Position numbers and translations under genes: made by a program
Shown here: positions 50,545-62,652 of the stretch, piece by piece
How the letters are laid out: each line of letters begins with the position of its first letter
Position numbering within the stretch: position 1 is the first letter of the stretch
Notes under the pieces: model-generated
Seen by the model: the letters and a program-made list of their open reading frames with translations, nothing else
Told to the model about the DNA's origin: nothing
Databases searched by the model: none
NCBI RefSeq assembly: GCF_001194135.2
Contig: NC_068998.1
Coordinates: forward strand, 7,602,756-7,666,755
Length of the DNA: 64,000 nt
DNA from: Octopus bimaculoides
Lineage: Eukaryota
Direction: 5' to 3'

Positions 50545-51164
50545 ATACACACACACATACACTTTCTATATGTATATGCATACTTGTCTAAGTGTATTTT
50601 CTACATTAAATATTTTAGTGTAGCACATATTAAATTTGCTTTACTTTGCAAGACATTATTTAACTTCTAAACACTATTGTATTATATTTCGCTCTGTTTT
50701 ATTTCGTAATATTTTATTAGACACACCCAGTACTTTTTGTTTCAACAGAAGATTCCATTTCATTACGAAATATTGCATTAAATAGCATTTTACCTATTTT
50801 ATTTGTTCCTCTATTCTTAAAAGTTTTCTCATTTCATTACCTATAAATTAGACCTTAGTTATTAAAGAGGAATCAGCTATCTCTGGTAAGTAATACAAGA
50901 AGCTATTTCCCATGAAATATAAAGCAGAGCAGACATATGTTTCTAAGAACGATGTAAAATATATAATGCATGCCTTAATATATGCTTGTTAAGTAAGTAC
51001 ATATGTATGTATTTATGTATGTATGTATGTATGTATGTATGTATGTATGTACGTCCTACGTATATATGTAAGTGTATACGTACGCAAGTATGTATGTATG
51101 ATTGTATGTAAGTAGTCTTTTATTTGTTTCAGTGATTTGACTGCGGCTATGAAGGCATGAAGGA

Positions 51165-51540
51165 AGTAAATCTTTTATTTGATATTAATTGGTTGAAGGA
51201 GAGGTTTTCTTCTAGCTGCTCGTCCATAACACCCAAGCTTATATAGATATGCAACACACTATTTTCTAGCTGCTTTGCAATGTCAAAAGCCTTCGAACGG
51301 GGTTCGTCTTCCACAATTCTCTTCAAAGAGCGAAGCTTCCTTTCCGAGGTGTCTGATCGGCCAGGACGAGAATCTGTTGTTTCTTTTCCTTGGCTTTTGA
51401 ATTGCACTATAATTCTATTAACAGTAGCAAAAGGAATTTGAAGATTGTTGGCAATTTTCGCTAAGACCAGCCTATGATTATCCAACAATACGACCTCTTT
51501 GAAAATCTGACAGTTCTGCTGAATTTTTTGTGCGTGGCAT
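51165..51540 (-). pseudogene. Tc1 transposase N-terminal (paired HTH) pseudogene
   Basis: ATG at 51540 gives MPRTKNSAELSDFQRGRIVG*..., then KIANNLQIPFATVNRIIVQFKSQGKETTDSRPGR...RSLKRIVEDEPR, and after a frameshift GYGRAARRKPLLQPINIK*. A probable TIR end lies near 51675, next to (TA)n. Confidence 0.85.
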
Positions 51541-51719
51541 GGTTACACTTTGCAAATGTTTAATATAATGGCACTTGGAATGAAAAATAAAAATTACATT
51601 GTAAATTATACACCGATGAAAATATATTAAGAAGCTTAGATCACAAATATTGAAAATTAAAGGTGTCTATTTATTTCCTACATGTATATGTATATATACA
51701 TTTTATATATACAAACATC

Positions 51720-51797
<78 letters not shown>

Positions 51798-52153
51798 TAT
51801 ATATATATATATATATATATACACATTATAATATACGTATAATATACATATATATGTATATATATATATATACACTGTTGGATGTAAAACACTCATACAC
51901 ATATACACACACATAACTAACATACGTAAATAAGTATATAGAAATAAATATATAAATATAAATATATAAATATAAATATATATATACATATATGTGTGCA
52001 TGTGTGTGTATGTATGCATGTTTGTATGTCTGTATGTATATAAAAATCAAGACGCGTGCACACACGCACACACTACATACACACACACACACACACACAC
52101 AGACACACAAGTATAATCAATCTATATATTTTTGTCAAGTAACTTATATATAG

Positions 52154-52528
52154 ATAAAAACAACAAAAAGACCAGACTTAGTCATATGGAACACAACACA
52201 GAGAATAGGAATCTTGCTAGAACTGACAGTACCATGGGAAGAAAACATCGACAATGCAGAGAAACGAAAGGAGAAGAGATATGAAAAACTAATCGAAGAG
52301 TGCAGAGAACAGGGATGGACTGTCGAGTACTACCATCTGGCAGTGGGGGCTAGAGGCTTCATTGAAAGAAAAATGACAACGCTATTCAAGAGAAGATTTG
52401 CGTTGTCAAGCTCAGAACTGAGAAGACTGATAAGGAGGATACAGGAGGCGGTCGAAAAAGCCAGCTTCTATATATGGCTGAAGCGGGAAGACCGAATATG
52501 GCTTGAAAGTCATAAAAAGTCTAGGTGA
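52154..52528 (+). CDS. C-terminal restriction-like endonuclease domain of a 5'-truncated HERO-like non-LTR retrotransposon
   Basis: The frame reads IKTTKRPDLVIWNTTQRIGILLELTVPWEENIDNAEKRKEKRYEKLIEECREQGW...VGARGF...AVEKASFYIWLKR. It carries the RPD..E..K (PD-(D/E)xK) motif and HERO-type ELTVPWE and IW.KR motifs, uninterrupted. Confidence 0.85.
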   Translation: MKTTKRPDLVIWNTTQRIGILLELTVPWEENIDNAEKRKEKRYEKLIEECREQGWTVEYYHLAVGARGFIERKMTTLFKRRFALSSSELRRLIRRIQEAVEKASFYIWLKREDRIWLESHKKSR

Positions 52529-52577
52529 GACAGGCTGACACTGAAGTGGCTTCGCGCCCTCCATTGTCAGTTAAAGT

Positions 52578-52726
52578 TCAGACAGTGTCATGTGACAACT
52601 TGCTGGGGCTGCCTACTGGACCCTAGCAGCGGGAAATTTAGACACTGTCACGTGACAACTAGCTGGGGCTGCCTGCTGGAGCCTGGCAGCAGATATAAAA
52701 AGGGGAACTTGACATGACGATCAGTC
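52578..52726 (+). promoter_or_regulatory. Pol II core-promoter-like module: two 60-bp repeats with E-box palindromes, TATA box and Inr
   Basis: TGTCATGTGACA (52586-52597), TGTCACGTGACA (52646-52657), TATAAAA (52694-52700) and TCAGTC (52721-52726, putative +1 A at 52723, 29 nt after the first T of the TATA box). Confidence 0.5.
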
Positions 52727-52779
52727 GGACGCTGACACTCGTTGATGCTGCATCGAAGAGGCCAGGGAATAGAAGAAAG

Positions 52780-53191
52780 AAGACATGCACCCAACACCAG
52801 AGCTGAAGACACCTCCGAAAGGAGGGGCCCCGCCACGTCAAAACGGTAGAGGAGTAGGGGCCGAAACCGGACGTGGTTCCTCCTGATGATGTCTTGAGCT
52901 AACTGGATCCTAATCCACCAAGGGAAGGTATGTCAGAAGAAAGTAATTCAACAACGCGGGTTGATGAACCGTAAGACGTGTGGCCAGAACCTTCCGGAAA
53001 ATAACCATAGTGAGGGACAGTCCACAGTTGAATCAGAACAGTCACAAACAGTGAAAAAAGACATGCACCCAACACCAGAGCTGAAGACACCTCCGAAAGG
53101 GGGTGGCCCCGCCACGTCAAAACGGTAGAGGAGTAGGGGCCGAAACCGGACGTGGTTCCTCCTGATGATGTCTTGAGCTAACTGGATCCTA
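52780..53191 (+). repeat. Near-identical direct repeat, 52780-52912 and 53058-53191
   Basis: The copies differ only around GGAGGGG versus GGGGGTGG. Confidence 0.95.
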
Positions 53192-53395
53192 TAAAGGAGC
53201 TGTTGTGGTAGCAGACCACGAAACATGGTTGAAATTCCTCCTATATAGATAATTCTGTTAACAAGGTATATTTTAGATAGACACTAAACTTTCTCTAGCT
53301 GGACGTCAAATGAAAGGTACTTGATTTAAACTAAATTACATAGACGCGTTAAACAGGATATATAAACTATGAATTGTTATTATTATGTTGAAACG

Positions 53396-53617
53396 GAGGT
53401 GGTGAGCTGGCAGAATGGTTCGCATGCATGGCCAAATGCTTAGCGGTATTTCGTTTGTCTTTACGTTGTGAGTTCAAATTCCACCGAGGTCGACTTTGCC
53501 TTTCATCCTTTTGCGGGTCGATAAATTAAGTATCGGTTGCGTACTGGGGGTCGTTGTAATCGACTGTCCTCCACCCTCAAAATTTCGGGCCTCGTGCCTA
53601 GAGTAGAAAAATAATAC
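53396..53617 (+). mobile_element. SINE family A (tail A2), full length with imperfect target-site duplication
   Basis: Complete head, core and tail. Flanks are TATGTTGAAA (53384-53393) and TATGCTGAAA (53618-53627). Confidence 0.9.
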
Positions 53618-54584
53618 TATGCTGAAATGGTTATGAATTAAAATCTGTCTTTGTGGAAATAATCCGTAGGTAAGTGCAACAATATGGTAGGATGTAATAC
53701 ACACACACACACATACATAACTAACACACGTAAATAAACGATGAAATAAAATAGATAAAAATGAAAATAGATACAACATATTAAAGACTTTGAAATTTGA
53801 TTGATATTTCCCATTGAAAAATCTACTTAAATGTAGATTGCAAAACGAAAAACACAAAAATATTAGACAATTATTTGAAAAATACAGTTAGAAATTCATA
53901 TATTTCCAGATAAAGAATATTAAAAATTCTTTAAAAAATAAGCTAAATTTAATTAAACCCCGTTAAATGGTGTTTTATTTTGTGATTTTATTTTGTCTTT
54001 TGTTTTGTTTATGAATAGATAAAGAATATAAATTTGTCAGAAATATGTTAATGTATTCCATTCAGTATAATATATACGTTTATCGAAGAATAAATAAGAG
54101 AAAAAGAAAACATTTTGAAATGTAGAAATTAGTATTGAAATATTGAGCTAGGAATTGTCTTCAGTTGCAGTGACTTTGTCATATTCAAACATCATTTCAA
54201 ATAATGAAATAATTCAAAAAGAGGATTAAAATTTATGTCATTTAAAATTATTTGTGTTCATTTTTGATGAAGTAGACTATCACGAGCTTAGTTAGCTTGT
54301 ATTCTTTTAATTCTATCATAAAAGCAAATTTGCGACGAATATGCTTACGTGAGATTTTTATGGTTATATATTCATGTCTGTTTATGTAAAGCAATCAGAG
54401 AAAGACAGACAAAGGGAGAGACAGACATAGAGAAAGAGAGAGAGAAATAGAGACAGAGAAGGGGTGGAAAAGACAGTGTTTGTGTGATGTTGATGAGTGT
54501 GACTAAAATGGATTTCGGTGAAAAAAAAAGACGCATTACCAAAGAGAAAAGATGGTTTCTAATAATGACGGGTGTGGAGTAGAG

Positions 54585-54780
54585 CAAAGGTTTATAATTT
54601 TAAGGAGGGGATTAATTAATACCATCAACTCTTGTACTTGATCAGTACTTTTTGTTATATCGATCCTAAAAGGATAAAAGGTGTAATTATGTGGACAGGA
54701 TTTAGAACCAGAACGTAAAGAGCTGAAAGAAACACCGTTTGGCACTTTGTTCGATGCTCTGATGATGCTACAAGCTCGTC
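54585..54780 (-). mobile_element. SINE family A, highly degenerate
   Basis: TATCGATCCTAAAAGGATAAAAGG, AGAACGTAAAG and AAGCTCGTC remnants. Confidence 0.5.
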
Positions 54781-54985
54781 AACAAAGAACATATAGTGCT
54801 AGATAGATAGATAGATTGATAAATAGACATATATATACATATACATATATATATATATATATATATANNNNNNNNNNNNNNNNNNNNNNNNNNNNNNNNN
54901 NNNNNNNNNNNNNNNNNNNNNNNNNNNNNNNNNNNNNNNNNNNNNNNNNNNNNNNNNNNNNNNNNNNNNNNNNNNNNNNNNNNNN

Positions 54986-55041
<56 letters not shown>

Positions 55042-55199
55042 TAAGGGTAAAAATTATTAAAGATAATAATTTATATCAGTGGCGACCATGCGTAAAAAAT
55101 TGTCCGTAGACAATAATGATGAAAATTAGGAGTAGAGAATTAACTGGGATTTTTGATTTTCTGTCAAATTGTCTTGCCCGCCGACAGTCAACGTGGTAA

Positions 55200-55790
55200 G
55201 AATGTATTTTTTGTGGTTTAAGGATTTGACATCTCTTTTCAATATGTTAGGAGACCATTATTCCACATGTCGCCTCTGGAATATAATTTGTCTCCCGTCA
55301 GTCTACGAACAGATTTCGCTGTTTTATTCAACATAAGTTTCTCTATTTCGTTCCATGAATCCATATTTATTGTTGAAGTATCACTTCCAGTATCTAATTG
55401 AAGTTTAATATGTATTTTATTTATTTTCACGTGTACCAATTTCCTTATTTGGGAGCCGAGTTTTGTTTCTGCTGAGAGTAATCTAGGATTTTTAACGTTT
55501 GACCTTCGTAATTTTGTTGTTCTGCAGCGTGAACTCTTGTGACCAATTCTTGTGCAACTGTAACATTCTAAATTTTTAAATGGACAATCTTTTCTGAAAT
55601 GTATCTCTCCCACATCCACAACATGGATTAGGATGTGGCGCTCTTTTTTGGTTGCACGTTTCCGGTCGGTTTATCTATATTTTTGAGGAATCCTTTTCTT
55701 AAATTTTATCTTGATCGTGTTTTAGGTTTACCATCCTTTAGCAAAAGTGTTGTGAAGCATGTTTTATGCAATAAACACCATTCAAAGTAG
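55200..55790 (-). pseudogene. Ty3/Gypsy gag zinc-knuckle and aspartic protease fragment
   Basis: PCCGCG(frameshift)EIHFRKDCP, CYSCTRIGHKSSRC (CX2CX4HX4C), and LQLDTGSD (retropepsin DTG). No RT or LTRs seen. Confidence 0.85.
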
Positions 55791-55834
55791 CGCAGTTCGA
55801 AATTATCGGATTAGTTAACTCCAAAATTTAAGGC

Positions 55835-55837
<3 letters not shown>

Positions 55838-55930
<93 letters not shown>

Positions 55931-55982
55931 GAGAGAGAGAGAGACAGAGAGACAGAGAGACAGAGAGACAGAGACAGAGAGA
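55838..55982. repeat. (GA)n microsatellite
   Basis: Direct reading of the sequence. Confidence 0.95.
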
Positions 55983-56049
55983 AACTCTCCCCACACACGC
56001 ACACACAAATATATACATACACATATTCTATTTTCATTTTTATTTTTGT

Positions 56050-56700
56050 TATTTGCTTTAATCATTGGACATTCCATAAGCTGGAACACCGCTTTGCAAG
56101 TTTTAGCCGAACGAATGGAACTCAGTATATGTGTCATCGGAGAACTTTTACTGAGCCGCTAGATTACAAAAATGTATTCGGGCAGTGAAGGTATAAGCAA
56201 AACTACATGAGGTGTGGGAGATGTAATTATGAGTATTGCATCGGTTGCTAGAGCAAGTGGAGATTCCTGCTCAAGAATAAACGGAAACCTGAAACGTTCT
56301 GGTGAGTAACTGGCGCAAAATGTTGCCCTGTTTTTTTCGTTTATACCAAGAAAAAGAAATATAGATTCTGAATGAATGGAGGTGATCGCAGGCAAGAATT
56401 GTAAACTTGTAGGATTATACGGAAGGTAGTGTATTGAAATGTTAGCTAACTCTGTGAAATGTCTCAGAAGAGAGAACTCAGTTAGAAAGTAGCATGGTAA
56501 GAGTGCGGTGGTGTGGATCGATACCAGAGCGCAATAGAAGAAAACATTGAGGAGGAGATTGTCGTAGTGTTCTTAAAGGGAAAAACGAAGCTCATTGATT
56601 TTGACAAAAATAGTCTTTACTACCCAGACGATACAAACAGAAGTTTTCAAAGAAGATGGCGGATTTAGTTTCTATACAACTAGAAGGAACGTCAGTAGGC
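56050..56700 (-). pseudogene. Possible highly decayed Penelope-like RT-linker/GIY-YIG remnant
   Basis: Scattered minus-strand peptides WYKRKKQGNILRQLL (~56348-56304), CSSNRCNTHNYI (56255-56220) and HILSSIR occur in the order expected for the PLE linker, Cys motif and 'EH.RSI'. There are many stops and frameshifts. Confidence 0.3.
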
Positions 56701-57271
56701 TCTTTAGTTAAAGACTGGTAGAGACATGGTAGTTGTCAATTTAAATGGAATTGATCAGGACCAACTGGTGTTGCTATGTAAAGTAATAGATTAATTCGAC
56801 CATCCAATATTGCAATTTTGCAAATAAAAATATTAATCATTCGATGTTGAATTCCTCCAAATATTGGATTTATATGTATAATTTTACACCCAAAGCAAAA
56901 ACATCAAAATAAAATATTTACATAAATGGTGGTGGTGGAAGTTAATGTAAACATTTTTCCTAGGAAATCATTTAAATACACAAAATAACATCAAAACTAT
57001 TTTAATGAATTTTGGATAAGGCCTGAAAAAATAATTTGCAAAAATTATCAATGGCAGCAGATTAAATTCTCAAATATTCCTAAGAATAATATCTACATAT
57101 TTATAAGCCAGATGAATCTTTACGTTGGTAATCTATGTATCCATATGCATGTGTTTGTATATATATAGATGCACATATATAAAGATCGATACATAGATAT
57201 ACACACCTAGCAAATTTATAATATATAAATAAATTTATACATGTACTAAATGTATATATATATATATATAT

Positions 57272-57370
<99 letters not shown>

Positions 57371-58154
57371 CTACTGGTTACACGATAATTAAATATACAG
57401 TGAATTTATATTTTAAAAAAATCAGAAATGTAAACTTCATAATCATTTTAACAGTTTGCTATCAGATAAATCCATTACAAGCAAATTATATGATTAATTT
57501 CATGCAATTCATAAAAAGTAACACATTTATAAAAGAGAAAATCTGTTAACGGACGACAGAGTGTATCTTCCACAGTAAGATCTAACTGTAAGCGTTTTAA
57601 CTCTCCGTCCAAGAGCTGTTGTTTGGAAATCCAAACTGTTAGAAATTTTGTCGTATCTCGGGAGGGTTACTATGCTAACAATAGATACACACACACACAT
57701 TCACTTTTTTAAACTTTCATTTGTCAAAATGGTTGACCATTTAACCAAATCGGTTGCTAGATTAATCGTCCCCTTATTTAGTCAATCAGTTAAGATTGTC
57801 AAGGACCTTTCGTCGGCATTTGCGGCCTTTAAAACAACATGACCTTCCTACTCAAGCACTGCTTCACATCTGTCTGTCTCTTTGTTTATAGATTTTATAC
57901 TTATGTAGTTATATAGATCCTTCATCTCATAATTCGCATTCACATCTTTAAAGCCTGTGCCTGTACTTATTATTGGGATAATGGCCCTGCTAAGATGCAA
58001 CAAAATTTTACAACAAGACATGAAGTATCTCGCCAACCAAATATAGGAACGAACTGTTACATAGTTGTTTTGAAAATACACAAATTAGACATCATATATA
58101 TAGATCACTCGCAAGCTAGTATCATTAGCTGACCTCTAGCTAGCTAGCTAGCTA

Positions 58155-58162
58155 GATAGATG

Positions 58163-58222
<60 letters not shown>
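58155..58222. repeat. (GATA)n microsatellite
   Basis: Direct reading of the sequence. Confidence 0.95.
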
Positions 58223-58223
<1 letters not shown>

Positions 58224-59756
58224 ATAGCTCGTAAATCGGAAACATTTATTACACACAACGGTTATTCTTTAAGTGAAGTGTAAGAATAAAATCTATTGGA
58301 ATAAAACTAGAAGAAAAACTAACGGAAAATGGCAAAGGAAAGAAAATTAATGGAAAAGTCTGTTCTTCATTTTCTCAAACTTGTATTTAAGAAGAAATGA
58401 AAGATTTTCACAACGGCAAACGCATAAAGTAGAATGAATAAGTCAGAAAAAGGCCAATTAAGGAATGAAAGAAGAAAATTTATTGAAAGAGACAGTTGAA
58501 AGAATGAACATGTGAAAAAAGAAGTGCATGGTATGAATGAATAATTAAAGGATAAATTATAGGAAAATGGATTAAATGAAAAAAAAAGAAGCAATTCCAA
58601 TAAAGAAGAATGGCGGCAAAGGTAAAAGAAGGCAAAAACAAAGCCAGAAGTTAAACAAAGAAGTCAAAAAACCGAACATAAATGCTAGACCGTAACAAAA
58701 AGTGGAAAGATAATTTCAGTGGAAATTTATAAAAAAACAAAAAAACAAAAAAATAGCAAAATGGTCGACGTATCAGAGTAACAATTGGTTTCGTTGTTAG
58801 TTTGAGACAGAAGAGTGAAAGACTCTCACAAAAGGTAAAAAAAAGAAAAAAGAAAAAGAAAAATGTTTTGTCTTCCTATTTATTAGCGAATCGGAAAATT
58901 GATGACGTTGAGCTATTTTTAATTTTGTGGAGGCGGATACAATGATTGAAGTGTTAGGGCATTAATACGTCTAATTTGTTATTGATTTCTTGTTTTGTTG
59001 TATGCATGCTATGAGTAATTTAATCGCATCGGAATATTTGTTACAAATTATACCTACCACTTTACCTGGTTTCCTGCATACAAACGTACATAAATATATC
59101 TTGGCGCATGTGCATATAAATATATATATATGTATGTATGCATGTGTATATATATATGCATGTATACATGTATATAGATACATACATACACACACACACA
59201 TATACATATACATACATATATATNNNNNNNNNNNNNNNNNNNNNNNNNNNNNATATTTATATATATATATATGTATATATATGTGTATGTGTGTGTGTAT
59301 TTATACATAATAATGTATATATTAATATTTGTTTTTATGTTACAATAAAACCAAGGTTACATTTAATGCAGTGCATTTTGGTAGATTATAAATTTATCAT
59401 TCTTTCAGAATTGTAGTATTGACAGTGACTCTGAAGTTTCGGCCAGCTATACAAGTTAAGGTATAAATAATGGCCATTATATATTGTCTCATTGTAGTAA
59501 ATTTGCTTACAGCTGTTTCCGGTAGTCAATGTAGGTTCATTCATTGATTGCTTTATTCAATCGGTCCATTGATTGGTGTATTCTGTATATTCTCTATTGT
59601 CGCTCACGAACGGAACATCTACTCGACTACTCGATATCATTGCGGAAAATGTAACCTATTTTGGATGATTTTTTTGACCATCCCTCTAGAGTTTACTCGG
59701 CATCCGCTTAGTTGATCTGATAGATGGGTAAACACTACCCAGTCACTCCTACATTG

Positions 59757-59935
59757 TAGAAATAACTGCTAAGATCTCCCAAGAATCAAACTCTGCTATC
59801 TTTTGAACGGAAAGATACATTGGAGAACGATGTCTTGGATACACTGCAATAATAAAACTTAAAGAAAGATTGTGGCTGGAACATATTTTGATCGATAATC
59901 TACAGGGGATGAGCTGCTTCGGTGTTAAACAATAT
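59757..59935. repeat. Dispersed repeat family E, opposite orientation to the 42500 copy
   Basis: GAAATAACTGCTAAGATCTCCC...ACATTGGAGAACGATGTCTTGGATACACT...GGCTGGAACATATTTTGATC...GTTAAACAA. Confidence 0.5.
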
Positions 59936-61044
59936 CAAGAAAACCATGCTTTGTATATACGGTAAGATGACTTTTATAAGTAGAGTTACCTTATTCACTA
60001 AAACATATGATCAAATTCACTTCAACCAAAATTATTGCATTTTTGCAAACATAGTGTATCTAGGAATATCTTTTTCAATGTGTATTCTGTTTTAATGTGT
60101 CTCGACGTGTTCCGATTTTTATTAGCGATATTGTATATTTTAATGCAACGATTTGAAACTAAATTACCCAACTGGCAATGACTCTCTAACAAATATCAAA
60201 TCATTTTCTAAGAAGGCCTAATAAGATCGAAATATACGTAGAGTTTTTTCCCTTTACTTACGGAATATATGAGTCTCATACCATTGCAAGCATTTACTTC
60301 ATTTTAAAGTCATTTAGCGTTAGGAATTACTTCCTATCTTGTTTTATATTTTATCTTTGATAAGTTCATCGTTACAGTTAACGATTTTTTTCCTCCCTAG
60401 ATTAGTAATTTTAACAACAATTTTTTCGTTCCGTGAGAAGGCGTCTGTAGACTACGTTGAATTACAGTATGTTAACTACAAGTAATTCAGTAATGTAAAA
60501 GATATATTTAATGAGAATTGATGATATATTTCTCTTTTTATAAAATTCTTATACAATTTCATAGTATTTCTGTATGAATTCCGAAATATAAGCAGTCGGA
60601 AATAAAAACATATGATGCGTTATGAAGTTGAAAAATGTCTAATAAAAAGTTGTTAATTTAATATTCATTTAGCTAACATTGTAAGTAGGAGAAAATTTGC
60701 TTACATAGAAATACCTATGGGCTGTCATTTGCGTACGCTTGTATAGGCGGCGTTTGTGTGAATGTATAAATGCACATACACAAAAACATACAGATATATA
60801 CAAACACATGTATGATTCCTTATGTGCGTGAATACATAAATTCACACATACAAACATACATACATAATATATACATACACAAAAACAAACACACACGCGA
60901 TACACACATTCATACATACATACATACGTTTCTAAATGTATCTTCCACATCTAGATATTTTACACTAAATATCTTGATAATAATTTATAATCTTTAGTAT
61001 TGTTTCATACAATAAATTAGATATTCCATTTAATTTACTATTAC

Positions 61045-61063
61045 AATCATCATCATCATCATT

Positions 61064-61134
<71 letters not shown>

Positions 61135-61135
61135 T
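61045..61135. repeat. (CAT)n microsatellite
   Basis: Direct reading of the sequence. Confidence 0.95.
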
Positions 61136-61153
61136 AATAGTATTATTATTATC

Positions 61154-61368
61154 AAGGTGGTGAGGTGGTAGAATCGTTAGCACGCTGGACAAAATGCTTA
61201 ACATATTTCGTCCATTGCTACGTCCTGAGTTCAAACCCCACCGGGTCAGACTTTACTTTTCATCCTTCTGGGTTCGATAAATTAAATACCAGTTGCGTAC
61301 TGGGGTCGATCTAATCAACTGGCTCCCTCCTCCCAAATTTCGAGCCTTGTGCCTAGAGTAGAAAAGAA
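61154..61368 (+). mobile_element. SINE family A (tail A2), full length, followed by two decayed copies extending to ~61720
   Basis: Complete head, core and tail ...CCAAATTTCGAGCCTTGTGCCTAGAGTAGAAAAG. Confidence 0.88.
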
Positions 61369-62320
61369 TTTGTTCTGGCTCTCAAGGATCTGAGTTCAAA
61401 TCCTGCCAAGTTCAACTCAAAAGTTCATCGTTTTGAGCACAATAAAATAAGGTACCAGTCATGCACTGGAGTCGATTTTATTGACTCTCATCCTCCTCGC
61501 ACTAATACTGATAAGACTTGTACCAACATTTGAAGAAACGTGATTGTCTGAATCGTTAACGCACAGGACGAAATGTTTAGCGGCATTTCTACCAGCTCAA
61601 ATCTCGATCAGGTCTATTTGGTTTGCCTTTTTTTCCGGGTCGATGAAATAAAGTACCGCTTTATTTCTTTTGCTTTGTCTCTTCAAAATTGCTGGCCTTG
61701 TGTCAAAATTAGAAGCATTGGCAAAGACGATTTTCTGTTTTCTTTTTCTAATTTATGAATGAGAAATAAAAATGAGAAGCCATTACAAGGGTTGTTAGGA
61801 ATATTATTACCATTTTATGATAACATCAAAATTCGCATCCTCATAAATATCATTACTGTTGTTATTATTACCATTATTATTGTAATCATTCTTATCACAT
61901 GATCTATTTTGGCAACATGATACATTATCAAATTAGAAAGATTATGGTATATATTCACAAAGTATATTAATTTTTGTTGTTACTATTATTATTGTTGTTA
62001 TCTTGGCTTCGTTTATCACAATAATATTGCATGATTAATCGAAATATTTTACTTTTCTTTTTTTTCCCCATTCATTTAATTAAATACTTACAAATTTGTA
62101 AGCATCGCATTCCTAATAATCATTCACAATTATTTGTACTAAATAACACAGCAACATCACACAGACATCGTGTGTTCTTAACAGTTGGTGTTCGAAACAA
62201 CATCACTGAGCATTTCTCCATACTGAAATCAACAATGCGAACTTTATTCCATGACAATGAATGCGGTGTACGTATAGTGATAAACACGTAGAGATACATA
62301 CACATACATAGAAAGATATA

Positions 62321-62400
62321 TACAATAATACCTCGACTATTGCGGGTGTTACGTTTCAGAACTGCCCGCGATAGGTGAAAATTCGCGAAGTAGAAACATT
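62321..62400 (+). mobile_element. Tigger/pogo-type terminal fragment
   Basis: TACAATAATACCTCGACTATTGCGGGTGTTACGTTTCAGAACTGCCCGCGATAGGTGAAAATTCGCGAAGTAG resembles TA-CAGT..ACCTCG Tigger-like MITE ends. Confidence 0.6.
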
Positions 62401-62443
62401 ACTGGACTGTATATATATTTCAATAAGTGCTTTGTTATACTGA

Positions 62444-62652
62444 TTTCGAATTTTGGAACTGGACCAGCAAGCACAGGAGAGGGGGCTTGTCGCTTACATC
62501 GACCCCAGTACTCAACTGGCACTTATTTTATGGACCTGAAAAGATGAACATCGAACTGAACCTCGGCGGAATTTGAACTCAGAACATAAAGACGGACGAA
62601 GTACCGTTAAGAGCTTTGCCCAGCGTGCTAACGATTCAGTTAGCTCATCGTC
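62444..62652 (-). mobile_element. SINE family A
   Basis: ACATCGACCCCAGTACTCAACTGGCACTTATTTTAT...CCTCGGCGGAATTTGAACTCAGAAC...CCCAGCGTGCTAACG. Confidence 0.82.

Larger units (their letters stand above)
52154..53191 (+). mobile_element. HERO-like element: truncated ORF plus GC-richer 3' region with internal repeats
   Basis: Composition shifts relative to the flanks. It contains 60-bp tandem repeats and a duplicated 133/134-bp block. The 3' boundary is uncertain. Confidence 0.7.

Noticed and set aside
52860-52895. Hammerhead ribozyme in the HERO 3' repeat (GAAAC...GTT-CCTC-CTGATGA), also at 53140-53172
   Set aside because: The core elements are in type II order, but only 4 non-palindromic nt separate the cleavage site from CUGAUGA, so stem I cannot form; stem II is also weak.
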